A stretch of DNA of 57,403 bases from a virus (IMGVR_UViG_3300046170_000265:1-57403), one strand, 5' to 3'. Shown: positions 11,030 through 21,140, counted from the stretch's first letter. Made by a program: numbers and translations. Notes: generated by a model not told the origin, from the letters alone.

Positions 11030-12184
11030 TTAGTTGATGCCTACAATCGCATCGGCTGCGGAAAGGTTTCCTGCTGCGGCTGGGGCGTTCAAGTTGCTCC
11101 CAGGCATTTGGTATGGGTGATTGCCCTCACCATGAATGACGTCGTTGTAGACTTTCTGGACCCTGCGGAGGTTGTATGACAATTCATTTGCATCTTGTGA
11201 TTGCTCAAGTGAGCCAAAGACTGCCATCAGGTTTTGTAATTCAAACGTACTGACTTGTCCTAGCGCACCGCCAGTTGGGCTTTCTTCACGCATCGCTTGT
11301 AACTTATCGAAGCTGATGTTTGCTTTGATAGTCATCAGGCGGTTCTTCAACAAGTTCGCATCAGAGCCTGGAAACGCGCTCAAAAGAGTTCCCCAGCCTG
11401 TAGCTGGTAGATCACCGCTGAACAAGTTAGAAAGGAACCCGTTTTTGTCTTCTTGGACTAACTCAAACGCACGATCGATGTCGTCATTGACTACAAGACC
11501 CTTTGCTGAATTGTTTTTACCAGTTCCTGTGCCTTTGGCTTTTGCTTGGGCTTTCTGCATTGCAAGGTTGTACTGATTAATCCCGGAACGATTTGTATCC
11601 TGAATTGCGCCATACATATCGCCCATCGCACCAAGCGATGCTGTTGCGCCTTTGTTATTTGCGCCAAGACCAGCAAGGCCCACACGCATTAGCATTTCAT
11701 TGTTATCGATGGTTTGCGGCTTGAATGACATCGGTGTTTGGTCGCGTCGGTTGCCTGTAACTGGTTTTGTATTGGCTAGGATGCCTGGGTCAGCTGCTTG
11801 TGGAGACGACATGTCAGACAAGGCTGGCTGAGTTTGGACAGCAAGATTGTTGTTTAACTGGTAATCACGGATCACGGAACCGTCAGACACAACTTCTGGA
11901 TCGTTTTGAGCAAAACGAAGGCTTGGATCATTACCATCTGTTGGCATCACCGAGGCAGGGCGTACTACATTTCCGGCGTTAAGCGTTTTGTAATTACCCT
12001 GGGACATCTGGACTGGATCGCCTGGTCGCGCCAGGCTTCCGTCGTTGTTCTGTTCGATGAAATCTAGGATGCCTGGGTTTGGTGTGTTCCTGTAGTACCG
12101 ACCAGCGTTCGTAGCCGTGTCTAAAATGCCACCCACAATACGGTCGTACATACTTTGATTGGCAGGGTTAATTGAGTTGTTCAT
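11030..12184 (-). CDS. Internal virion/ejection protein A
   Basis: FDKLQAMRE.SPTGGALGQVS.FELQ shared with 53709-54704; gene position. Confidence 0.65.
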   Translation of the reverse strand: MNNSINPANQSMYDRIVGGILDTATNAGRYYRNTPNPGILDFIEQNNDGSLARPGDPVQMSQGNYKTLNAGNVVRPASVMPTDGNDPSLRFAQNDPEVVSDGSVIRDYQLNNNLAVQTQPALSDMSSPQAADPGILANTKPVTGNRRDQTPMSFKPQTIDNNEMLMRVGLAGLGANNKGATASLGAMGDMYGAIQDTNRSGINQYNLAMQKAQAKAKGTGTGKNNSAKGLVVNDDIDRAFELVQEDKNGFLSNLFSGDLPATGWGTLLSAFPGSDANLLKNRLMTIKANISFDKLQAMREESPTGGALGQVSTFELQNLMAVFGSLEQSQDANELSYNLRRVQKVYNDVIHGEGNHPYQMPGSNLNAPAAAGNLSAADAIVGIN

Positions 12185-12198
12185 TTTTAACCCCTCCT

Positions 12199-13548
12199 CT
12201 AGAAAAGTGGATCGTACATGTCGTTATTACCACCAGGGAAATAACTTGCCCCTGCTCTTTGCGGCTGTGAACCAAAGCCACCAAAGAAGTTGCTTATCTG
12301 CTGACCGTATTTGTTACCAAATCCGGCCCCAGCCATTGCGCCAGTCAACCCACCCATAGTTGGGTTGTTGTAGTTAGGGTTTTGACCCGGTGGTGACATA
12401 GGCGCACGGCCTAAGATGCCAGACATAAAGTTTCCGTACTGATTTGACGCAAAGTCACGATCACCCTCAAACCTTTGCCGGTCGGCATCAAGGCGGTTCT
12501 GTGCGTCAATTTGATCTGCGGAACCTGAGCCTAACATCCCTGTGATACCAGAATTTGCAGTATCCATTCCAATGCCGTATGTCGCAGCTAATCCACGATT
12601 GGCGGCCATCATGTTGTTGAAGGTGTTGTTGTTCGCGGAGTTCATCGCACCGAAACCGGTGTACATATTGTTGAAACGCGATTGGTCACCCGATCGCAAA
12701 TCAGACAACCCACCTCGCATGGCGTTAAGCTGGTTCATTGAACCTGATTTCATACCGCCGAGAGCGTTCATTCTATTACTGAAGTCTTGATTACCTTGAG
12801 ATAGTGAGCGTCCCATTAAGCTGTCATTTATTTGAGCCGTTGTGGAGGCTTCAAGTTCAGAGTTCCTGTCTCGCAAAACAGCTTCAGTCACGCCAGCCCT
12901 TGAGTTATTAGTATTGCCGGTGCCTGATGCTGAGATGTTTAAACCAGGTAATTGGACCTCATTAAGGTTCCTATTTGCCCCTCGCATTGCGGCATCAATC
13001 AAAGGACGCGAATTATTTAGGGCATAATTCTGGGCATTGCCCATGCTGTCTTGACCAGCTGCATTATAAAGATCGCGGGCTTCCTGATCGTAAAACCCAC
13101 CAGTTGCCCTATTGTAGATGTCATTAGCCTGGCCTGAATACATGTCGTTACCAGCTGCATCGTTATATAGATCCCTGGCTGCATTATTTGTATTGGTCGC
13201 GTTTGCGCGATTGTACAGGTCAGCGTAGTTCCCTGAGAAGCCACTGGCCGTATTCATCATGTTGTTGCCAGCACCAAAATTGGACTTGCCAAAATTGTAT
13301 TGACTATCAAGACCGAAACGCTGTCGGTCGTTCAGTCCAGCATATGTGTTACCGCCGTAATAGCCTTTAGAAAGCGCATCGTTTAGGGCGTCTTCACCAC
13401 CTTTGTAACCACGTTTTATGTAGTCCCGGGCGTCGGTGTAGCCTCGAGCGTTAAGCTCATCTGAGTAGCGTTGTGCGTTGCGGTCAGCCTTAGCTGATTT
13501 CGCGCCGATTAATGCACCGCCGATCGCGCCTATTGCACCCCATACCAT
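12199..13548 (-). CDS. Internal virion/pilot protein A
   Basis: MVWGAIGAIGGALIG N-terminus and Gly/Asn-rich composition typical of podoviral DNA-pilot proteins. Confidence 0.65.
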   Translation of the reverse strand: MVWGAIGAIGGALIGAKSAKADRNAQRYSDELNARGYTDARDYIKRGYKGGEDALNDALSKGYYGGNTYAGLNDRQRFGLDSQYNFGKSNFGAGNNMMNTASGFSGNYADLYNRANATNTNNAARDLYNDAAGNDMYSGQANDIYNRATGGFYDQEARDLYNAAGQDSMGNAQNYALNNSRPLIDAAMRGANRNLNEVQLPGLNISASGTGNTNNSRAGVTEAVLRDRNSELEASTTAQINDSLMGRSLSQGNQDFSNRMNALGGMKSGSMNQLNAMRGGLSDLRSGDQSRFNNMYTGFGAMNSANNNTFNNMMAANRGLAATYGIGMDTANSGITGMLGSGSADQIDAQNRLDADRQRFEGDRDFASNQYGNFMSGILGRAPMSPPGQNPNYNNPTMGGLTGAMAGAGFGNKYGQQISNFFGGFGSQPQRAGASYFPGGNNDMYDPLF

Positions 13549-13579
13549 ATCGTAAATTCCTTATTGTTATATTTGTCTT

Positions 13580-13852
13580 TTAGACGGCCACCCAAGTCGT
13601 GCCGTTGTAGACGTAAAGCCCATCACCGGAACCTGGGTTCCAGGGTGACACTGCGTATCTGACCATTCCTCTGATTGGGTTTTCGGGAGGGTCTTCAGCT
13701 ACTTGGATCGCTGATTGAACAAGTGTACCAATAGCAATTTCAATGCGTTGCAGCTCATCTTGAAAGTATCGTCTGATGCCTTCATCAAGGACTGGGTACT
13801 GTGTTCGCGTGTAGGGTTTGACTAGAATGTTAGTCTTATCACTGAGAGCCAT
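13580..13852 (-). CDS. Small virion-module protein A
   Basis: Homolog at 55778-56056 (RY.QDELQR.E.AI, SPW). Confidence 0.7.
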   Translation of the reverse strand: MALSDKTNILVKPYTRTQYPVLDEGIRRYFQDELQRIEIAIGTLVQSAIQVAEDPPENPIRGMVRYAVSPWNPGSGDGLYVYNGTTWVAV

Positions 13853-13854
13853 TA

Positions 13855-15468
13855 CTAACGCCTCCCAGTTGCTGTGACCTCTAGGTCGAAATTAGATAAC
13901 TCGAAGTCTTTGTTATCTGTGAATGACACCTTGTAGCTCAAATACCGCCCGGCTGCCCGGCTATCAATCTTGTGGTCTGTTGATATGTCGAAGACTTGGC
14001 TGGAACTATAAGCCGGTGTCGATTTTGGTATGTCAGACGCTCCAAACTGAAAGGTCAGAGTAGTATCAGCCGTGTTCACGGTATCTGCTTGCGGGTAAAT
14101 CCGCGTACAGACGACATACTGATTTGCTCCTAATCCTGCTTCATCGAGGTCAATCCCAGTGCGTTCCAGGAGAACTGGCTTTGTGGCTTCGGTATCTAGC
14201 TGGAAAGCAATCTTACCTTCGTCCGACAAATCCAAGCCATATAGCTTGTCGCTACTAAGACCATCAGCTGTCAGGGTTTCACCGACCATCAGGGAGTGCT
14301 TATCGAAGCTATCAGACTGTTGATAATATGTTCCACCTGTTAAGGCATATGTGGTGGTACTGGTTGCGTAGGTGGCAACAGAATCGACATTCGCAACTGC
14401 CCCTGCGCTGACATTTGGTAAGTCCATGAAGGACCAAGTGTCATTTCTGTAGTTATAGACAGCTGCCCGATTACAACGGTCAGCGTTAGGAAATGCGACA
14501 TACTGATCGCCTGACTGATAGCAGAACATAACCTCGTTCAAAGTTGGGTTGTGGTGAACGAAACAGACATCTGCTGCTTGGTTATTAAGGCTTCCAAAGA
14601 TGAAATCTTTTACTCTCTCATCGCAGATGCTTTGCTTTGATGTGCCATCGTGAACGTAGATGTCGAATGGCCCGAAGCAGAAATGCTTGCCCTCGATTTG
14701 GACTACGCAGTTTTGGGACATAATTCCGGCGTCTACGAACAGCTGACGGAAATTGAAGATAAAAGTTCCACCGACAAATTCCATTAACCAAACTTGGTCA
14801 TTAGAGTAGATGATGAAGTTTGAGCCTAATGGCGCACCATCCAGAATCTCAGTCTTAATTTGGACTAAATCGTTGAAGCCAGCAGACTTGGTTGTGTCAA
14901 ATTCAGACCAGCTGTCTGGGACATTGTTCGCAGTCGTAATATTTGACCACCTCACTCGCACCGGGAAGCTGGTAGCACCTTCGCTCATATTAAGACCAAG
15001 CAGGAAGTCACCGAAGCTCCGAAGTGAATTACAACGCCATGTGGCATCCCAATTCGGCAAATCAGCGAAGTTCGTACCCGCTGGCCCACGATACACTGGA
15101 ACGTGATCTGGTCTGTTTATATAGGTAACATTAGCGAGTGATGTACCGGTATAAGGGCGTGGGTCTGTTGATCCAGTTATGGAACCAGAACGATTACTGA
15201 CAGTTCCGTTGCTGTATTCTCCTAAGTACCAATCGTCTGAGACAACAAGTGTAGAATCAAAGTTGTTAGACGGTACAATACCGTAAGCAAACCGTGGGCT
15301 GTAGCCTATGTTGTCCTTGATGTTTCTGAAGATTGGAGACCGGCTCACCTTGCCTTCATCGAAGCGTACATTGATACCAGTTGAATAGGCATTGAGGGGT
15401 AAGTTGTATGGTGCAACATCAGTTATGACACCTACGGAGCCTAAGTCCTTGATTGGGAGCATAGCCAT
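13855..15468 (-). CDS. Tail nozzle / tail tubular B-like protein A
   Basis: 537-aa beta-rich protein with RVRWS and DSRAAGRYLSYK; homolog at 56056-57403. Confidence 0.7.
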   Translation of the reverse strand: MAMLPIKDLGSVGVITDVAPYNLPLNAYSTGINVRFDEGKVSRSPIFRNIKDNIGYSPRFAYGIVPSNNFDSTLVVSDDWYLGEYSNGTVSNRSGSITGSTDPRPYTGTSLANVTYINRPDHVPVYRGPAGTNFADLPNWDATWRCNSLRSFGDFLLGLNMSEGATSFPVRVRWSNITTANNVPDSWSEFDTTKSAGFNDLVQIKTEILDGAPLGSNFIIYSNDQVWLMEFVGGTFIFNFRQLFVDAGIMSQNCVVQIEGKHFCFGPFDIYVHDGTSKQSICDERVKDFIFGSLNNQAADVCFVHHNPTLNEVMFCYQSGDQYVAFPNADRCNRAAVYNYRNDTWSFMDLPNVSAGAVANVDSVATYATSTTTYALTGGTYYQQSDSFDKHSLMVGETLTADGLSSDKLYGLDLSDEGKIAFQLDTEATKPVLLERTGIDLDEAGLGANQYVVCTRIYPQADTVNTADTTLTFQFGASDIPKSTPAYSSSQVFDISTDHKIDSRAAGRYLSYKVSFTDNKDFELSNFDLEVTATGRR

Positions 15469-15485
15469 TGTCTATTACTCCTGTA

Positions 15486-16712
15486 TTACCAAATCCATAG
15501 TTCAATATAACCTGAGCGACCAGCTTCCGGCTGGATGCCGCCACCACCTGTTGTTGCTGTGCCGCCAGCACCAAGAGAATAGGACAAAACTTGACCGCCA
15601 ACATTTGCGCCAGTTACATATTTTTGCACCAGCACACCATTGCCGCCGTCTTGGCTTTGCCCATCGAAGTTGTTTGTGGTTGTCCGACCACCAGATGCGC
15701 CAGTATTATAGAAAATATCACCACCGGCTGATGATGAACCAACATTTGTAAACCAGTTAGTTGTGTCGGCTCCACTTCCCATATTGGTTCCGTGTGGGCC
15801 GCCAGCCGCAGTGATGGAAATGCCCAGCGTACCGTTGCTAACCGTTGTTGTACCGCCATCACCGCCTACAGTAACACTGTTTGTCCCAAGACCGCCGGTA
15901 GCAGGGTTTGCGTGTACGGAACCACCGCCACCCCCGCCTGATGCTTTAATCAGGATTGCTTTGGCTCCCGCTGGTATGGTGTAGCTTGTACCGCTAGTTA
16001 GAAAACGAATATCGAGTGGGTAGCCGCTGACATTGTTAAACTGCGTCTGAATGTTGCTTGTTACGCCATCCAAGTAGCCTAGTTCCGTAGCCGTTACGGC
16101 ACTGGTAGACATCTTTCCGCTACCGTCTGTGATCATGGCGCGGTTGGCTGAGAAGTTGTTTGACACGCCTGTTGATGCTGCACCAGTTACTGTAGCTTGC
16201 TTGGCGTTCAATTGAGGCTGAATGTAGTTTGCGACACCATCTAGGTAACCAAGTTCTGTGCTTGTGATGGCACTAGCGTAAATCTTACCGTCTGAGGCTG
16301 AATAGAGTGCGCGGTTGGCTGTAAGATTAGACGACAGAATAGTTGTAGCTGCGCCAGTTACGTTAGGCTGCTTGCTGTTCAACTGGGTCTGTAGGTTACT
16401 TGTGACGCCATCGAGGTAGTCGTATTCAGTTGATGTAACGCCTGTGGCTCGTAAGTCCTTGGCATAGTTGAGGTCAGTAACTGTACCTGTAAAACCATCG
16501 ACCTTGTTCAGTTCTGCGGTTGTTGAAGTCAGACCATCTAACAAGTTCAATTCATTTTGCGTAGCTGTGATCGCGCCTGTGATATTAGGGAAAGTGTTCT
16601 GGATGGTGCTTTTGATAAGTCGAAAATGTTCATCGGCTTGATTAAGACCGTCAGTTGCGACTGGGTTAAGTGGGTTAAGCTGGTTTATCGTGGTGGCGGA
16701 TTCTAGGGCCAT
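15486..16712 (-). CDS. Tail fibre/spike-like virion protein with internal repeats
   Basis: Repeated T.TE..YLDGV...Q.Q.N units and Gly-rich C-terminal domain (ASGGGGGGS). Confidence 0.65.
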   Translation of the reverse strand: MALESATTINQLNPLNPVATDGLNQADEHFRLIKSTIQNTFPNITGAITATQNELNLLDGLTSTTAELNKVDGFTGTVTDLNYAKDLRATGVTSTEYDYLDGVTSNLQTQLNSKQPNVTGAATTILSSNLTANRALYSASDGKIYASAITSTELGYLDGVANYIQPQLNAKQATVTGAASTGVSNNFSANRAMITDGSGKMSTSAVTATELGYLDGVTSNIQTQFNNVSGYPLDIRFLTSGTSYTIPAGAKAILIKASGGGGGGSVHANPATGGLGTNSVTVGGDGGTTTVSNGTLGISITAAGGPHGTNMGSGADTTNWFTNVGSSSAGGDIFYNTGASGGRTTTNNFDGQSQDGGNGVLVQKYVTGANVGGQVLSYSLGAGGTATTGGGGIQPEAGRSGYIELWIW

Positions 16713-17031
16713 ACTGTGTAATCCTTGGTTTTCTGGGGTGGACGCTGCTTTGAAAGGACGGACTACAAAAACAACAACGCCGGACCTTTATGTCTTTTTT
16801 TAAACTTGGTTGATCAATGGTGTGCCTGGGGGTCAAAATGACCGGGATGGAACCAAAAGCCTGACCGCTGCCGAGGTAATTCGACACGACACAAGCTAAG
16901 CGACTGTAATCGTTAGGTGTTGAGGTCAGGCGATCTTTAATCGCTTGCCCTTTTGGTCCCTGCTCTTCAGGACATTAGGCCATTAGAGAAAATTATTGGG
17001 ATGACCTATTCGATCTTCGATACAAATCGGA

Positions 17032-17073
17032 ACCTAAGCCACTACAGTCCACCTAAGCCACTACAGTCCACCT
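17032..17073. repeat. 19-bp tandem repeat ACCTAAGCCACTACAGTCC, 2.2 copies
   Basis: Exact copies at 17032-17050 and 17051-17069, followed by ACCT. Confidence 0.9.
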
Positions 17074-17175
17074 GAGTTGACTGCTGTTGTCTTGTGTATC
17101 AGTGGTAGTTCGTAGGTGGTTTAAGATGGTACTCATCAGACAAACCTAGGTCACTATAGGTAACTATAGTCCTCT

Positions 17176-17193
17176 TAGGTGATACCACTTAAT
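17176..17193 (-). promoter_or_regulatory. Putative phage RNAP late promoter (variant ATTAAGTGGTATCACCTA)
   Basis: 16/18 match to the repeated ATTAATTGGTTTCACCTA motif; points into the structural operon. Confidence 0.65.
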
Positions 17194-17334
17194 CGCTGTT
17201 CTTATTGCGTTTGGGAGACAAACAGCATATATCTTTAGTGTGCTTCGGCACCATCACCCTGAAGAAGGGCGATGTATAAAAGAATGGGTCAGTTGGTTCT
17301 CGGTCAAAAGAGAAACTCTGGCCCATTCGTTTAT

Positions 17335-18312
17335 CTAGGCTGCGTTGACCTTGTCCCAGATGATCTTGTGATGCTCCATCCAGAAGTCTAGTGGCTTAAC
17401 TAGGTCCTTCACACCTTGTGGGAAGACACGCAGCTCCTGTTCGAAGTACTCGCTGTTCAGTTCACCAGGCTCGATCGAAGCTATGACCCATTGACCTTTG
17501 GTATCTGCTTGTGTGCTTTTCTTTAGCGCAGCCTTAACAGGTTGGTCGTGATACTCAGGCAATGTACCTCGAACATAGTTCTTCTTAGCTCGGTTGGTGA
17601 TGTTTAACTGGATACGCTTACGTTGTGTCGTGTTTATACCAAGCCTCATGGCAAAGTACTTGTCGATGTGACCAAGCTTGCCGTCATGATAACCCGCACC
17701 AATGATACCGAACGCCCTGTTTGGGTTCTCGACAAAGTTAGGCCAATCTTTATCCAGCTCAGCTGCAGCTCCAAGCAGCTCAGCTCTTTCCCTCGGGGTC
17801 AGCTGCTCAAGCTCTTTGCGGTGGCGTTCTGCTTCTTCTTCCATCTGTTCATTTGTCTGGTTGAGCTGGTCTTCAAGCCACCTCTTGGTCTCATAAAAGG
17901 CAATCTTCGTCTTAATGATCTGCTCTTGTGCTTGCGGACCAGCGTCACTAGCGATGCTGCGGATGTTCACGTTAGCCAGAGGATATACAGAGCTGAACCA
18001 TTCTGTTGGGTTCCAGCCTGTTCCTGTTCTTGTGACAATAAGCTGGTCGATAAGCGTTTTCAGTCGCGCCTCTTTGGCTTTCCACGAGTAATAACGCTTA
18101 CTCATGCTGCATACGATGCCATTGTCGTTCTTGATCTGAAGGTAATTGCCTTCACTCGAGATTTCTTTCAGGCGACCAAACTCAGCGTAGGTATCGTTTT
18201 CAAACTTATATATCTTATTTGTCATGTCACGATCATAAGGGCTTTGAGTTAACTGATCCACATAATCTTGACCATATAATGCTGCCATGGTCTTCAGCCA
18301 GCTGTCTGTCAT
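17335..18312 (-). CDS. Uncharacterised 325-aa protein, homolog of the 774-aa protein at 32920
   Basis: Start moved to MTDSW, after the terminator and with a GAGG RBS; shares N- and C-terminal motifs with 32920-35244. Confidence 0.75.
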   Translation of the reverse strand: MTDSWLKTMAALYGQDYVDQLTQSPYDRDMTNKIYKFENDTYAEFGRLKEISSEGNYLQIKNDNGIVCSMSKRYYSWKAKEARLKTLIDQLIVTRTGTGWNPTEWFSSVYPLANVNIRSIASDAGPQAQEQIIKTKIAFYETKRWLEDQLNQTNEQMEEEAERHRKELEQLTPRERAELLGAAAELDKDWPNFVENPNRAFGIIGAGYHDGKLGHIDKYFAMRLGINTTQRKRIQLNITNRAKKNYVRGTLPEYHDQPVKAALKKSTQADTKGQWVIASIEPGELNSEYFEQELRVFPQGVKDLVKPLDFWMEHHKIIWDKVNAA

Positions 18313-18324
18313 CGCTTTCCCTCG

Positions 18325-18361
18325 AAAAAAAAGCCCTACCAGGGAGACATCTGGTAGGGCT
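18325..18361 (-). terminator. Intrinsic terminator after thyX
   Basis: 11-bp stem AGCCCTACCAG/CTGGTAGGGCT followed by a T run on the minus strand. Confidence 0.85.
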
Positions 18362-18371
18362 AAGGCACTCA

Positions 18372-18998
18372 TCATTTACACAAGGCTAACCAGCTGACCG
18401 GGAACTTGGTTATGGCTTGTTCCTGGATCATTCTGGCAATTTCTTGTGTTTCTTCTTGTGAATGGTGGTCGAGACGTTGGTTACAGACGCGAGCGAACGC
18501 CTGTAGTGAGCCTGACCAATACCATTCGGTCATCATTGTTTGAGGCAGGATCATCCGGGCTTGCTCCGGTGCTACACCCTGCTCGATCAACGAATTGTAG
18601 TTTTTGAAGGCAAGCAGGTTTGTCTGCTCGAGGATTAGCTTGGCTGTGTTCTGGTCTTCGACCTCACCACTTGATCCCTGTTTGCTGTTCTTTGGTCGTC
18701 CACGCCAAACTGTTGGGTTGTAGAACTCCGGCGGCTCGTCGACGTAACGCCGACTAACCTCGTTCCACGACAACCCAATCTGGTGCTTGACCAGTTGCCG
18801 GGCAACGAAGATTGGTGCTTTGATCCTGAACTGCAGAAACGCATGGGCAAAGGGTGACCAATGACCATGCTCTGCTAGGTAGTGGATCAGGCGTTCATCT
18901 TTGTCGTCGAGCTGTTCGCTGATCTTTGCAAATGAGACACGGGCAGCGTTCACAACCGTGAGGTCACTGCCCATGCTGTCTATCAGTTCAACTTGCAT
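18372..18998 (-). CDS. thyX: FAD-dependent thymidylate synthase
   Basis: VVNAARVSF, GHWSPF, ARQLVKHQ, NEVSRRY and PEQAR motifs. Confidence 0.95.
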   Translation of the reverse strand: MQVELIDSMGSDLTVVNAARVSFAKISEQLDDKDERLIHYLAEHGHWSPFAHAFLQFRIKAPIFVARQLVKHQIGLSWNEVSRRYVDEPPEFYNPTVWRGRPKNSKQGSSGEVEDQNTAKLILEQTNLLAFKNYNSLIEQGVAPEQARMILPQTMMTEWYWSGSLQAFARVCNQRLDHHSQEETQEIARMIQEQAITKFPVSWLALCK

Positions 18999-19188
18999 CG
19001 AGAAAAAACTCCTTTGTTAGCCCTTCATCAGCTGGGTTAAAGGTTGTTTCTTCGCTTCTGACTTCGCCGCACCAGTCGCACTCCGTCCAATCAATCTGTT
19101 TGACTAAGTGGCTATCCTCGATTGGTTCAAAGAATTGATCAGCGCACCGCACGGATTTGTCCATGCCGCAATCATTACATTGCATCAT
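18988..19188 (-). CDS. Small Cys-rich protein with two CxxC motifs
   Basis: CNDC and CDWC; fills the gap between nrdJ and thyX. Confidence 0.55.
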   Translation of the reverse strand: MMQCNDCGMDKSVRCADQFFEPIEDSHLVKQIDWTECDWCGEVRSEETTFNPADEGLTKEFFLDAS

Positions 19189-19191
19189 GAT

Positions 19192-20832
19192 CTACACCCC
19201 GCAGCTGCCACCGTGACCTGTGATGTCACAGATGTCATGCGTCTCCAGTATCTCTTCGCCTTGGCGATTTGATGCTTCAGAGTAAGGCACTGATGTCAGT
19301 GGCTGACCACCTCGGCTGCCGTCAGCGTAACAAGTGAAGCCCCGCAGCCGGTGAGCATACTTTGCCAGCATATTGGCAAATGGCTCGACTGTGTCTTCGT
19401 TGTTCAGCTTTGATCCCCAGGCTGGCAGGTTGATTGTCGATGAAATAGACATATCGACATAATCCTGCACATCAGCTTGGAACTTGATCCGGCGTTCAGG
19501 GTCTGCCGCCAGGTCAATTGCGCTTTCAATGGTCTCAGGGTCTGCACCGTATCGATCGATAAGGTCCTGGGCTGCACTATCGACGACATATTGGTAATGC
19601 CAACGGGTGCCACCCTTGAGGTAGCGACGCTTATAGGCGACAGCAAAGATTGGTTCTACGCCGGTTGAGGTACCAGCAAGGATGCCTATGCTTCCAGTAG
19701 GAGCAATAGCCCGGTTAGCGACAGGACGGCTAACGCTGAGGTGATCCGCAAATTCCTTCGACGCCTTATCCGAGACAATCTTGTAGACGTGTAACCACTT
19801 ATGTAGTTCTGAGGTGACATTGTACTTTTCTCCTCTTTGGATCAGCCACTCATGCATCCCCATCAGTCCAAGACCAAGACGACGGTTCTTTTCCCGTGTC
19901 TTTTCGATACCTTCATAAGGTACCTCACCTCGAATGGTTCCGCATAGTAAGAATTGAGTTGCTAAGTTCACCACATCAGCAAATTCACTGATGTTTTCGA
20001 TCCGTGACAGATTGACTGAGCCAAGGTTGCAAACGTCATCTGGATCAGCTGATGTGACCTCAGTACAGGCGTTGCGGAGGGTTTCGTCATCTTTCATGTA
20101 GTTGAAACTGAAGCCAGGCTCAGATGATTTGAGAGCTTGCTTCATATTCTGCATGAAGACCTCACCGACCTCACCGGTTTCCCAGTATTGGTTCTGCCAC
20201 TCAGTATCGTAATTGACGCTGATGTTAGTCATGTCCATCGGTGCTTTGAAATTGAAGTCAGCTTCTTTCAGCTTTGCCATTGTCGTGTCACCGACAGGCA
20301 TTTCATCCCAGTTCTTCATGTTCAAGAAATCGTGGATGTCGCCATGCTTCCAATGAAGGCTGGCATACATGGCTGATCGACGTGATCCACCCTGCATGAC
20401 ATTACGGCCAATACCATTGACCAGTTCCATCATCGGTAATGGACCAGATGCTTGGCCGCCTGTTCGAGCTAGACGCTCCCCTGATGGCCTGTAGACACTG
20501 TAGTCAATTCCAATACCGCCACCGCTCATCAAGGCACTGGTGGCCTTATTTGCCAGCGTTGCCCAGTCTTCACGGTTATCGTTCTCTGCTTTCAGCAAGA
20601 AGCAATTATTGTAATATTTGACATCTCGACCTGCGTACCAAAGGTACCTGCCGCCAGGGATGAACTTCATCTCTGTCATATAGTAGACCAGCTGATCGAC
20701 GTCGGATGGTGACATGAGGCCGTCGCAAACCTCATGCACCAGGGTGGCAGCAAGTGATGCCCATGTTTCGCATCCCTCATGCCGATATTTTAGGTTGAAA
20801 ATGTCTTCAGCAAATTTGTTACGGAAGGTCAT
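19192..20832 (-). CDS. nrdJ: Ribonucleotide reductase, probably class II (B12-dependent)
   Basis: PGGR, NNCF, GGSRRSA, NACTE, CNLGS and IAPTG motifs plus C-terminal Cys pair; no small subunit gene nearby. Confidence 0.88.
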   Translation of the reverse strand: MTFRNKFAEDIFNLKYRHEGCETWASLAATLVHEVCDGLMSPSDVDQLVYYMTEMKFIPGGRYLWYAGRDVKYYNNCFLLKAENDNREDWATLANKATSALMSGGGIGIDYSVYRPSGERLARTGGQASGPLPMMELVNGIGRNVMQGGSRRSAMYASLHWKHGDIHDFLNMKNWDEMPVGDTTMAKLKEADFNFKAPMDMTNISVNYDTEWQNQYWETGEVGEVFMQNMKQALKSSEPGFSFNYMKDDETLRNACTEVTSADPDDVCNLGSVNLSRIENISEFADVVNLATQFLLCGTIRGEVPYEGIEKTREKNRRLGLGLMGMHEWLIQRGEKYNVTSELHKWLHVYKIVSDKASKEFADHLSVSRPVANRAIAPTGSIGILAGTSTGVEPIFAVAYKRRYLKGGTRWHYQYVVDSAAQDLIDRYGADPETIESAIDLAADPERRIKFQADVQDYVDMSISSTINLPAWGSKLNNEDTVEPFANMLAKYAHRLRGFTCYADGSRGGQPLTSVPYSEASNRQGEEILETHDICDITGHGGSCGV

Positions 20833-21140
20833 GTGTCGTTGTATTCCTCTTCGAATGGGTTGTTATGTTCTGCTTTTGTTCTCATCGTGTCAATGAGCTT
20901 GTCGAGATACCAAGCGGCCTTCTCTACATCCTGTAGTCCACCTTTGTGATCACACCTGAAGTTGTATTTGAGGACGTTGCCACGACAGAACGCAGCGAAA
21001 CCTTCAGGGCCAAGTGCGGCCCGAATCGCATCAATGCACTCAATGTCGCCGTGGGTGTAGTGTGGTGGTGAATTGACCATATCCACATCTGACTGCTTGT
21101 TGGCTTGCTTCATGTATTCTTCATGCCTCAGCTGCGCCAT
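20829..21140 (-). CDS. DUF3310 / T7 gp1.7-like nucleotide kinase family protein
   Basis: VNSPPHY, IECIDAI, GNVLKY and KAAWYL motifs. Confidence 0.85.
   Translation of the reverse strand: MAQLRHEEYMKQANKQSDVDMVNSPPHYTHGDIECIDAIRAALGPEGFAAFCRGNVLKYNFRCDHKGGLQDVEKAAWYLDKLIDTMRTKAEHNNPFEEEYNDT

Noticed and set aside
17032-17073. CRISPR-like mini-array
   Set aside because: The repeats are contiguous with no spacers, and there are no cas genes.
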